From: a virus
Taxonomy: Duplodnaviria; Caudoviricetes
IMG/VR virus record: IMGVR_UViG_3300020432_000037
Span: 1-28,797 of that record
Strand: one strand, 5' to 3'
Length of the DNA: 28,797 bases
Of this stretch, positions 8,101 to 17,200 are shown one piece after another (position 1 is the stretch's first letter; every line of letters starts with the position of its first letter). Both the position numbers and the translations under genes were made by a program. The notes beneath the pieces were generated by a model. The model searched no databases, was not told the origin of the DNA, and saw only the letters and a program-made list of their open reading frames with translations.

Positions 8101-11100
8101 GCTTCGTTATCATATGTATTAACTGTACTAACTTTTGTTGGTGCATTATATGGGCCTTCCAGATGATTTGGTGCAGCTAGTCTAAACGTAAATCCAGATG
8201 ATGTAACTGTCTCTCCAGTTTGAAATACACCACTTGTCATGCTAATTTCAATTAATTTTGGTGTTACAAATGAAGTCACATCAACATTATCAAAGTAAAC
8301 ATAGAAACGAGTTCTAGGTTTCATACGAGTAGTAGTGATTTCAATATTTCTTGATCTCATATAAGGAATAATATCACGACTTATAGTTCTATCACCCAAA
8401 GATTGTTGTTGAACTTTAGGTCTTACCTTATATTGAATACCCTCTCTCGATTGATTCGTTGACATTACAACATCTTGATGAGATGTTCTAGTTACTATCT
8501 CAGCATCTGTGATAACACCAGCACCTTTTGGAACCCATTTACCATTTAACTCAAGAACCTTTTGAATGTTTGGAATAGATTTTATGTCTAGTTTAGCACC
8601 TTCTGGTAAGTCATCTGGACTTATGGTTCCCAATGATTCAACAGTTTCTTCAACGAATGTTGTTGTCACTTCTTCAGACACCCAGTTTGTTTCCCATGCA
8701 CCCCAATCAACTTCACTAAATCCAGTCTGTTGATTAATGCCCATTTGAGCTATTGCATTGTTGTAAGCAGAGGTATCATAAGAAATACTCGCATCAACTC
8801 TCTTTGTATCCATCCATACATCAGAGTCTGGGCTAAGAGTCATATCACCAGAATAATATATTATCAAAAATGGGTTGACATTTTCAACTCTAGAAGCATA
8901 AATTTGCTCCAACATTTTTGTTTCTGTATAGTCTAATGTGAGAAGACGACCAGTTTTTTTAATATTATCTCCATCAATATCATCTAAATGATTGACATCT
9001 AGAGTTGGATTTGCAGTTGTACCAATACCAATAAATGATCGGGATCCAATAATTAAATCAAGACAAGTTGTATAATGGCCAGGTCTCAAATAACCTCTCT
9101 TCGCATCTGTACTAGCAGTAAAATCAGGATGATCAATCTGATGAGATGCATGTTTCTTAAAGTTATCAACAAAGAATCCAGATTTGAATCTGTTTAATCC
9201 ATTTGCATCTGTAATATTCAAGTTTGCAGTGTCAGTTTCAAGAAGAGAGAGTCTTGTGTAATATTCTACACTTTCAAGCCTCTTTTCAAGTCTTCCAATA
9301 TCAGCCATTGTGAAACGTTTATGATTCGTGCGAATCATCTTAACTTGACTAATATCTCTTAGATATGCTGGGAGTTCAATTTTAGCAACTTCGATTGCGT
9401 CTCCAATTGTTTGTGGTTCTTTTGGATTATCTGATGGAACACCTTGAATATAAACAAAATCTCCAGCCTTATCTAAGAAAAGTCTATCTTTTCTTGGTTG
9501 ATAGTAATCATATGTTACTATTAAACTTTCATCAGGGACTAATGGATCTGGAACATTGTTTCCTTGAGATGAGAAAGATCTTGAAGCAAAATCAAAAGGT
9601 GAAACCGTTGATGATGTATCATATTCAGAAACTCTTGGTCTGATATCAATTAGATCACTCACGAATACATCATAATTTCTATCCACAGGAATTATTTTTT
9701 TAGACTCATCAGGATAACTAGAAGCGTTAAAGAAATCTCCAGTATCATCACTTGTTACAAAGAAGTTTTTAAATACAATCTTTAAACGATTTGTTGGTGG
9801 TTCAAAATCTTTTTTCCTTTCAATAAATGAGTAATCATAATATGTTGGTTTTTGATTTGGATTTAACTGATATTGATCTGTGATATTACGATCTCCACTC
9901 GTTGTAGATATTACCAAAGCGGTGACACCTGATTTACTTCCTTTAACTTTTTCAGATGGACTAAAATTATTTTGATTTAATAGAACAACTCCAACTGAAT
10001 TAACGGTTGGTTTTTCTACAACTAATCCAACAGCATTACTATCTAAACCTATAAGTTGTTCTCCAACAATTAAATCGGAATTGTTTCCACTTGGGCCAGA
10101 ATACGCAGTGAGATCAACTGATGGTAGATCAGCATCACCAGAATCATTTGATTCAAATACAGCTAATAAAGAAGCTGCATCAGGCACATTTAGAGATATT
10201 TTACGATCCTGAACTCTTGTTCCAAATACTCGACTATTTGTTAAACCATCATTTAATGTGTTTGTTCCAATACCAGATGAAGCATTAGTTGAACGTGTAA
10301 CATTAATTACATTTGCCTCATTTACTTTCTTAAGTTTATTTTTAACTTTTGATTTTAATACAGTTGCAAAAAGATTTGCTTTTCCAGAAACTGAACTTAA
10401 TCCAACAAAGGTTACAGTTTTTTTATCATCAGCTATTTTTACTTGACTATCTTTTAGTGGTTCAATTGATCCATCATTATATGATATGAAATATCTTTCT
10501 TCATCAAATGGTTGAAAGAATAAATCTGTACCAGCATCGGGAGATGTAAATTGACTATTTGCAACAGTTATATCAGAGAACTGTTTTCTAAATTGCAAAT
10601 TAGTTGTAGTTACGTCAATACTCGCGATGTTTTTACGACTAACTGGTGTTAATAAACTATTTGCACTAATTTCAAAACTTGATTTACGAAGTAAAAGATC
10701 ATTTACGTCAAGAGAGCCAGGAATTAAACCATCTAAAACACCACCATTGCATACACCAGAAACTGATGTAATACCAGAAATATTAATTTCATTTCCGTCT
10801 GTAGATACTCCAGTAATACGATTGAACCTAGGCAATGTTTCGCCAGGCACACTGTAACTTACAATGTTATTTGAAGTTATAATACCAGCAAAATTAGATC
10901 CTGATGATGTGATAATACCAGTGTTTCCAGATGTATTACTTAATCTAAAATTACCAGAAACTAAATTTGTTAATTTATTTCCATCATCAAGTAAAATATC
11001 AGCTTCAAATGTTGATACACCAACTGCACTCTTAATTGATTTTACATCATTTAATCCAAAATCATCTACTTTTGTGATTACTCTTCCATTTTGAACGCCA

Positions 11101-12656
11101 TTAATTAAGATAGACTCATCTTTGATAAACTTACCACTTACGTCAATCAAACTGATATCGGTTACACTTGTTCCAGATGTTCTTACAAATCCTGTTGCAC
11201 CACTTCTTGCACCTTGTATATGATCAGATGCAGTCAATGAAGTAATAGCTGTTCCAACTTTAATATCCGTAAATGTTTTGATATCAAATAAACGAGCTTC
11301 ATATTGAGTAGCTTCATTTACAAAACTTCCAGATTGTGCTTTGAAATCATATAGTCTTGCAAGACCAATTTCAGATCCACTATTTCCTCTTCTTCTAGAA
11401 ATTAAAGATACAGTTGCAGTAGTTCCAATCCCCAAACTTGGAGATCCAAAAACATTATTTACTAATAAAGGATCACCAGTCGTATAACTTACTGATTCTT
11501 GTTCAATAGTTTTTGTAGATCTTGGTTTTGGTACATCAATAAATCCTGTTGATATTTTTTCAATTGCATATCCTTTTACATAAGCTTTTCCAGGCGATAT
11601 CTGCATTACCATCAAGTCATCTGATGGTATATTTCCTTCTTGTGTTTTTTGTTCTGATGTATATATTCCTTTATTTCCAGTTTGGTCATTTAATGACTCT
11701 TTTGCAAAAACTTCAAATGGTCTTATATAATAATCTCCAGATTCATCATAAGTTCTTGCTGCGAGTGTATCATTAATTAAATTATATTGAGTATCTTTTA
11801 CAAATGTTTGTAACTCACCACCTCTTACACGAGCAATTTCAATAAAGTTTTGATCATTAGTATCATCAAGTTCTTTCTTCATCAAACTGATCTTAATTTC
11901 AAGACGATCAGCTCCAGGCGCTGCAAAGTTTGTAAATCCTGATGCATTATCGTTTAATGATGGATCTTCATCAGCACTAACAAAGTTTTCTTGAACATCG
12001 AATCCTATTCTATAGGAGGGAGAACCACTATATTGATTTAAAATTAATGTTTCGCTTTGAACTTGAGCAAAAGTACCACGAACAAAATATACACCTTCTC
12101 CAATCGACATCGCAGATCCAATTGCAGTCGCACCAAATGCTAAAGTATTTGCAAATGGTTCATTTGCTGGAATAACACTTGCACCATAGACAATATCTTT
12201 GTTTGCAGATAAACTCTCACCATCATCAAATTTTTCTTGTGCAAAATCACCACCAGACTTTTCATATTTGATATAAAAAGTTATGTTTCCTCTATCTGAA
12301 TCTTCTTTTGTTAAAATCTTTTTAATTGTCGCAGTTACACCTGATCTTGTACCTGTAATTCTTAATCCAACTAATTGATTTAGATATAAGGATACTGGAA
12401 TTCCTAAAAACGCATCTTCAACTTGAACACATGTGAAATTATTATCATAACTTAAATTGCCAGGAATTACCTTAGAACCCTCTTTAAAAAAGTGAGTACC
12501 AAATTGTTCAATCTGATTTTGTAAAATCGATTGTAAAGTGCTTAATTCTCTTGCCTGAACTGGGGATCCTGGCTTGAAAAGCACTCTATAGAAGTTTTTA
12601 TTCTTATCAAAATCGTCAAAATATGGCGATACGTTTAGATTGGTTTCCTGTGGCAT
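5124..12656 (-). CDS. Large virion structural protein, VrlC-like / DUF4815-type
   Basis: NLNVSPYFDDFD..KNFYRVLFKPG.PVQARELSTLQSILQNQI, APGADR, RTYDESGDY, RFTMADIGRLEKRLESVEYYTRLSLLE, RFKSGFFVDNF, DPLAQTF, GSLFKSQNGTTW, C-terminal IKELRAIALA. Follows gp8 as in T4-like cyanophages. Confidence 0.85.
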   Translation of the reverse strand: MPQETNLNVSPYFDDFDKNKNFYRVLFKPGSPVQARELSTLQSILQNQIEQFGTHFFKEGSKVIPGNLSYDNNFTCVQVEDAFLGIPVSLYLNQLVGLRITGTRSGVTATIKKILTKEDSDRGNITFYIKYEKSGGDFAQEKFDDGESLSANKDIVYGASVIPANEPFANTLAFGATAIGSAMSIGEGVYFVRGTFAQVQSETLILNQYSGSPSYRIGFDVQENFVSADEDPSLNDNASGFTNFAAPGADRLEIKISLMKKELDDTNDQNFIEIARVRGGELQTFVKDTQYNLINDTLAARTYDESGDYYIRPFEVFAKESLNDQTGNKGIYTSEQKTQEGNIPSDDLMVMQISPGKAYVKGYAIEKISTGFIDVPKPRSTKTIEQESVSYTTGDPLLVNNVFGSPSLGIGTTATVSLISRRRGNSGSEIGLARLYDFKAQSGSFVNEATQYEARLFDIKTFTDIKVGTAITSLTASDHIQGARSGATGFVRTSGTSVTDISLIDVSGKFIKDESILINGVQNGRVITKVDDFGLNDVKSIKSAVGVSTFEADILLDDGNKLTNLVSGNFRLSNTSGNTGIITSSGSNFAGIITSNNIVSYSVPGETLPRFNRITGVSTDGNEINISGITSVSGVCNGGVLDGLIPGSLDVNDLLLRKSSFEISANSLLTPVSRKNIASIDVTTTNLQFRKQFSDITVANSQFTSPDAGTDLFFQPFDEERYFISYNDGSIEPLKDSQVKIADDKKTVTFVGLSSVSGKANLFATVLKSKVKNKLKKVNEANVINVTRSTNASSGIGTNTLNDGLTNSRVFGTRVQDRKISLNVPDAASLLAVFESNDSGDADLPSVDLTAYSGPSGNNSDLIVGEQLIGLDSNAVGLVVEKPTVNSVGVVLLNQNNFSPSEKVKGSKSGVTALVISTTSGDRNITDQYQLNPNQKPTYYDYSFIERKKDFEPPTNRLKIVFKNFFVTSDDTGDFFNASSYPDESKKIIPVDRNYDVFVSDLIDIRPRVSEYDTSSTVSPFDFASRSFSSQGNNVPDPLVPDESLIVTYDYYQPRKDRLFLDKAGDFVYIQGVPSDNPKEPQTIGDAIEVAKIELPAYLRDISQVKMIRTNHKRFTMADIGRLEKRLESVEYYTRLSLLETDTANLNITDANGLNRFKSGFFVDNFKKHASHQIDHPDFTASTDAKRGYLRPGHYTTCLDLIIGSRSFIGIGTTANPTLDVNHLDDIDGDNIKKTGRLLTLDYTETKMLEQIYASRVENVNPFLIIYYSGDMTLSPDSDVWMDTKRVDASISYDTSAYNNAIAQMGINQQTGFSEVDWGAWETNWVSEEVTTTFVEETVESLGTISPDDLPEGAKLDIKSIPNIQKVLELNGKWVPKGAGVITDAEIVTRTSHQDVVMSTNQSREGIQYKVRPKVQQQSLGDRTISRDIIPYMRSRNIEITTTRMKPRTRFYVYFDNVDVTSFVTPKLIEISMTSGVFQTGETVTSSGFTFRLAAPNHLEGPYNAPTKVSTVNTYDNEAPISNVYSTSSTLLNVDTFSLATQVQGAFSGHVKNGMKLVGTTSGAQATVTDVRLITDTLGSLKCCFSLPNPNDAASPRFETGTKTIRLTTSPTNSTVEGAVSGSAEANFHSKGELETVQEQILNVKTPQIERLGVQEQRVLNDKITRKVEGLTTTETEIRGVQYYDPLAQTFRVDETSGVFITSVDLYMQTKDEELPLTLQVRTVETGLPTSKILPFSVVVLDPSEVNVSEDASIPTTFTFDSPVYLTGEHEYALVLVTPSENYNCWISRMGEVDISTVGLPDEQQVLISQQPYLGSLFKSQNGTTWDPSQYEDMKFLIRRAVFNTSPSVGRFFNSELATGNDEVPTLAENSITSLSKKAIVGLGTPISNTLTAGLVPGVKISQFDNLNASATLINTAGIATINGSNDVTIINSGVGYTPSNGVLTYSDIPMVTQTGEGTGIIGDVTVSNGEIGVVTFTNGGKNYAVGDTLGIGTLGLGNGSGAVISVGLITSTNSLVIDNIQGSFVTGIGTIGFNNGSTVIGIDGKTVGSGSTISTFDVDSTNDGLHFKVNHRAHALHAFNNLVTISGVDSDVPSTKLTADYNFDSLDDISVVASSNFATFEGVGVGTTNYGYAVLGNEIISYTGVADGSITGITTRGIDSTIKSSHSSGDIIKKYEFSGVSLRRINKEHDMNAPTVTVPNDKDLDFYHIKVDMNNDGTDRSGGTLPDRFFSSTKRGGGSNITASQNIQFETITPNIQSMTPPGTNIGARVRTISATSVDGSEQSFVDQGFQAISVTGQTHFETPRMVASKENEDRQLSDLPGNKSLTLEVLMSTSSPNVSPVIDLDRVSTVLTTNRVNSPVSNFASDNRVNQTGQDPCASSYVSKMVALNNPATNILVEFAAYRRSGADIRVFFKTIAEGSTENSLDRNFELFPGHDNIDQNGKVINFSNNSGLPDDRVTPSVGGEFKDYSFTSRELPPFTKFQIKIDMVGTDQAQPPLIKELRAIALA

Positions 12657-12662
12657 GATTTT

Positions 12663-14222
12663 TTAAAATTCCAGTACGATCTTGATGTCTTCTTTTTGCT
12701 GAGAACTACGAGTAACAGCAGCTCTGTTATCAACGTAAATGATATCACCGCTATATTTTTCAACCTCTGGGTTAGCAACACCTTTCACAAAACTCATCCC
12801 TAAATTGAAAGTCCTACTATTTATTGCGGTAGAAAGACCAGGCTCTAGAGAAGTTCCGAAATTAGTATCTATATTTAGATTATTTGTTCCACCAAATATG
12901 GTTGTTCCTGCTCCAGCTGCAGGGTCAGCGTTAAATCTAAACAATTCAAATCCATATGTAGGTGCAGTTCCATCAGTTGATATTGCAAGTCTACGATCTT
13001 GCCAATATTTTAGAACTCCTGTATTTGCATCATAATTGATAACTCTACCAACAGCTGTTGAACCAATACCAATTTCCTGAGTAACCTCAGAATCAGCTAC
13101 AAATGTTGTGGTAGTTGATCCAGCACCAGTTAGTTTTAATGCATAAACAGCACTTGCTTTTTGCAAAGTTAACTTATTTTCTGATCCAAATGCAAGAGGA
13201 TCTCTACAAAGTCCTACACGAGAGAATTGATTTCCTGTGATAAAATCTGGGTTTGATGTATCATTTTCTAAACGAGAATATATTAAAACACGGTTTGCAC
13301 CAAGTTCTCGATAAATATCTGCACCATGACCATTTTGAGGTGGAATGATTACATTAAATCCAGCATCAGTGGATCCTGATGGATTGGTTAATCCAACATC
13401 ACTTAGTCCAACAGAACCAAAAGTATAATTAGAACCACCATTAGTTATTTCAACAGAATCAATTTTACCAGCAGCGTTTACAACTACAGAACATCTACCA
13501 CCACTTCCATCTCCTTTTATAGGAACATTATTATAAGTTGCAGCAGTTCCGTAACCAACACCACGATTTGTGATTGTGACAATTTTTAATTGTCCACTAG
13601 TTGAAGCATTATTTCTAACTGAGGCAGTATCATTACTTGTACCCCAATTTTGTGGTAAAGGTATAAAACTTGTTGAGTCAAACTTGATAATACTGTTTGG
13701 ATCAATCGTAAAAAGATATTTCCAAACATATCCGTCTCCAGATGCACCAGCAGATCTTGGTTCTAGATCTGTGAACAATGGTTCATCAAGAGATGGTCTT
13801 CCAGATGTGTTCTCTGGATTTGTTCCATTTTGTAAACAAATATAGACTCTAAAATCTCTATTCATCACATAATAATTTGTATCATACAAATTAGTTGAAC
13901 TAGTTTGTGGAGACAAATTTGATCGAGAATAGTCATCTCGATACATTTCATATGTTGTACCTGATGACCAAGTTATCTTTCTTACAACTCTTGCAATATC
14001 ATCTGAATTTAACTTCTTGAGAGCAATCATCGTATCCCAATAATCATTCTCTTCACTAAAAGAATCTTTTGGTGCTGGTGGATTTTCATTCCAATCTGAT
14101 TGAAAATCTGCTGGGTTTGGAAGACCAATCCACGCATAATAACTGTTCGTAGTTGATGCTATACCAGCTACAAAATTTTCCGAGTTTAATATACGCAGTT
14201 GATCAGTTATAATGGCTGACAT
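12663..14222 (-). CDS. gp8: Baseplate wedge subunit (T4 gp8-like)
   Basis: MSAIITDQLRILN, WSSGTTYEMYRDDYS, YYVMN.DFRVYICL.N, DGYVWKYLFTI, C-terminal YSGDIIYVDNR...RSSQQKEDIKIVLEF. Confidence 0.92.
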   Translation of the reverse strand: MSAIITDQLRILNSENFVAGIASTTNSYYAWIGLPNPADFQSDWNENPPAPKDSFSEENDYWDTMIALKKLNSDDIARVVRKITWSSGTTYEMYRDDYSRSNLSPQTSSTNLYDTNYYVMNRDFRVYICLQNGTNPENTSGRPSLDEPLFTDLEPRSAGASGDGYVWKYLFTIDPNSIIKFDSTSFIPLPQNWGTSNDTASVRNNASTSGQLKIVTITNRGVGYGTAATYNNVPIKGDGSGGRCSVVVNAAGKIDSVEITNGGSNYTFGSVGLSDVGLTNPSGSTDAGFNVIIPPQNGHGADIYRELGANRVLIYSRLENDTSNPDFITGNQFSRVGLCRDPLAFGSENKLTLQKASAVYALKLTGAGSTTTTFVADSEVTQEIGIGSTAVGRVINYDANTGVLKYWQDRRLAISTDGTAPTYGFELFRFNADPAAGAGTTIFGGTNNLNIDTNFGTSLEPGLSTAINSRTFNLGMSFVKGVANPEVEKYSGDIIYVDNRAAVTRSSQQKEDIKIVLEF

Positions 14223-14244
14223 TTTATCAAAGACTTTTTGTTTT

Positions 14245-14252
14245 TATTTATG
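14245..14252 (-). promoter_or_regulatory. Late promoter CATAAATA upstream of gp8
   Basis: ATAAATA core in the 30-bp gp7/gp8 gap, 22 nt before the ATG, the same spacing as the promoter at 785-792. Confidence 0.8.
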
Positions 14253-17200
14253 TTAGTTATAGGATTCTTTTAAATCCCTAGTTCTAATGATCACAGGGCC
14301 AGTTTTAATTCCTGTAATACCATCATTATTAATAACAGTAAATGGACTGACACCTTTCTTGTTAAAGTCATGTAAACGACCCCAAGAAAACTTACCAAAG
14401 AATCCACTTCCAATACCAATACCCTCAGTTGAACTTACGCTTACAGTAACTCTTCTCAAAGTAGTTGCACCAATTCCAAAGGCAGGCCCTTGTATAGTTT
14501 TAGCACTATGCACTCTGTATATATTATCTAGGAAGGAAGTTCCAATTCCTACTGGTGAAGTTCCAATCGCATTTTCGTAAGCAGTTAATCCACTACCAAC
14601 ATTTGTTTCAAATGTTGTGAAGTAATATCCAGATGAAATACCACTTACGGTGATTGCAGATCCAACAACTGATGCATCACGAAGAACAGAGTCTTGTGGA
14701 ATAAAGAGATCAAACTGCATTGCAGTTCCGATTCCAGCAACAGTTGATGTGCCAATTCCAACAATATGACCAAAATCACCCTCATATTTAATATCTGTCA
14801 AAATATCCTGAGTTATAGATTCTGATTCAACTAATACTGATGGTGGATTTGTATTAGTATATCCAGAACCAGCATTAGAAACTGAAATTGCAGATATTGT
14901 TCCAACACCTGATACAGTTGCAACAGCTGTTGCGTTTGTAGATGTTGTTCCAATACCAGCATGAATGGTTCCGATGCCAGCAGTTACACCAATTGAGACA
15001 TGTGGTGCAACAGTATAACCTGATCCACCATCAGATATTACGACACTTGATATGGTTCCAGCAGCAGAAACAACTGCTGTTGCAGCAACACCTGTTTTAG
15101 TTGTACGATCAAAAATCAATACACTTTGTTTAACTTCAATAATATCATCAACTTGATTAAATAACGGAACTGCTGTATCAGTAAATATCTCTGTAGAACC
15201 AGCAGATACACTCTTAATAATATATGCTGTTGGGCGAATGCCAGGTTCTAATTCAACTCTATCTTTACCAATTCCTATATTATTAACAAACACGTCTTGT
15301 ATTTGTTTCTTCCAAGTTACTGGTCTTTGTAGTGATCTAAGTGTTGTAATACCAACATCAATATAAGTGTTAGTCGTTACAGAATCGGATGTAGTAATAC
15401 CTGTAACTGTTCTTGGTTCTTGCTGATAGAAATCATTCAAACCAACATCAGGATATTTGTTAATTATTAGACTATCACCTGTTTTTACTGTTTCTAAAAT
15501 ATCAACATCAAGAACATCATGTTCAGATCCACGATAATAATAAATTCTTACTTTATCATCTGATTTTGGAGCTTCTAAAAATGTAATTTGAGATCCACCA
15601 TTAAATACATAACTTTCAAAAGGAATTTGAAGAATATCATTTAAGAATACTAAACAATTGTCTTCAACACGAATTGGGGATCCTTTTCCAGATCTTAAAG
15701 TAATCGGAGTTTCAACTGCGCCAATTGTTTTTGTAATTGGGAATGTTCTTCTAGTGCCATCAAATAAATTCTCAAATGTATTTAATTTTTCTAACTCACC
15801 AAAAGTAAATCCAGCAAAACTATCGTTGAAAACATCAAGAACTGTTAGAGAGAAAGTTTTAAATGCATTACCAGCAGATGCATCAGTTAAAATACCAGAT
15901 TGTCCACCCTCTTCGATTGAAAGAACATCGTCAATTTTATAATTGTATCCAAAGTTTGTAATTTGGAAACTAATTATACTTGAAGCAGATCCAACACGAA
16001 CTGATACAGATGCACCAATACCTGTAGAACTACCAACCAATCTCATATTTTCATAATTAAGTGGTTTCTCAAATTCAAGATTTGGAGGTGATGACTGGCT
16101 AAATCCTGATCCACCATTTGTAATTGTTACAGAGGTTACTAAACCAGCAGTAACATTCGCTTCACCTATCGTTGTAACACCAGAACTTGTAACGGCTCTA
16201 ACGAGAATGTTAGTTTGTAGTCCAACACGATATCCAGATCCACTATTACCAATTGAAACAGATGTTATTGTACCAGCAGATGACACGATAGCAGTTCCAC
16301 CAGCTGCAACCAAAGGTTGATAACCAAATGATGCACTTTCCCCAACAGAAACAATAACACCACCTCTAGGAACTGATGATACGTTTACATCATAACTATT
16401 TGTTACACCCACACCTGTGAAACTTACAGATGTGATACCAGCAGTTTCAGAAATAATATAATCATCATTTGGATTTTGGAAAATTTCATTTAAAAGTAAA
16501 ACACCAGTATTAGTTGCAAATCCAGTTACATCTGAACCACCAGATTTCAAAATAAAGTTTGTAGAAATTCCTGTAAATTGTTCTTGAACAGTGTCAAATA
16601 CAAAATTATTGGAATATGTTTCTTGACTTCCGCCAGGAATACCAGTATGAGTAAAGACTCTACCTACAAACGTAGATGTAGTTGTTAAACCAGATGGGCC
16701 TTTTGAACCTTTAGGTGCATCTGTAAAGTTAATTGTATCCTTAACAATTTGATAGTTACCTAAGAACTTAGTTACAGTATCACCAGCACTATGATCTTCA
16801 ATCACTGAATTAAGTTGACCTTTTCTCACAAGAAGTATATTTGTCCCCCCGATACCAACAGTATCAATCTTCATAAATTCATTATTAATTTTAATAATAT
16901 CTCCAGAGAAGAATGAAGATATACCTGCTAGAGTTATGAAGTTAGATGATTTTAATGAATCAGATACTAATGTTGTATTAACAGGTGACTGAATTGCTGG
17001 ACTTTGAATATTATTGTCAAGAGTAATTAAAGCTTTAGAGTTAAGATTTTTAGATGTAAACGCATGAGTTGTTCCAACACCTACAGCTGATACATCAATA
17101 ACCTTGGGAATAGTTTGAAGTGCTTCAGCAGCAGTTCTAGAAAGTTTAAATTTATTTTCTGCAACTTTAACTGCAAATACTGTTGATGGTAATTTATTTG

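Noticed and set aside
12872-12879. TCTAAATA inside the gp8 3' end as an internal late promoter for the VrlC-like gene
   Set aside because: It is about 215 nt from the next start, unlike the 9-26 nt spacing of the others, and such an AT-rich word is expected by chance in this sequence.
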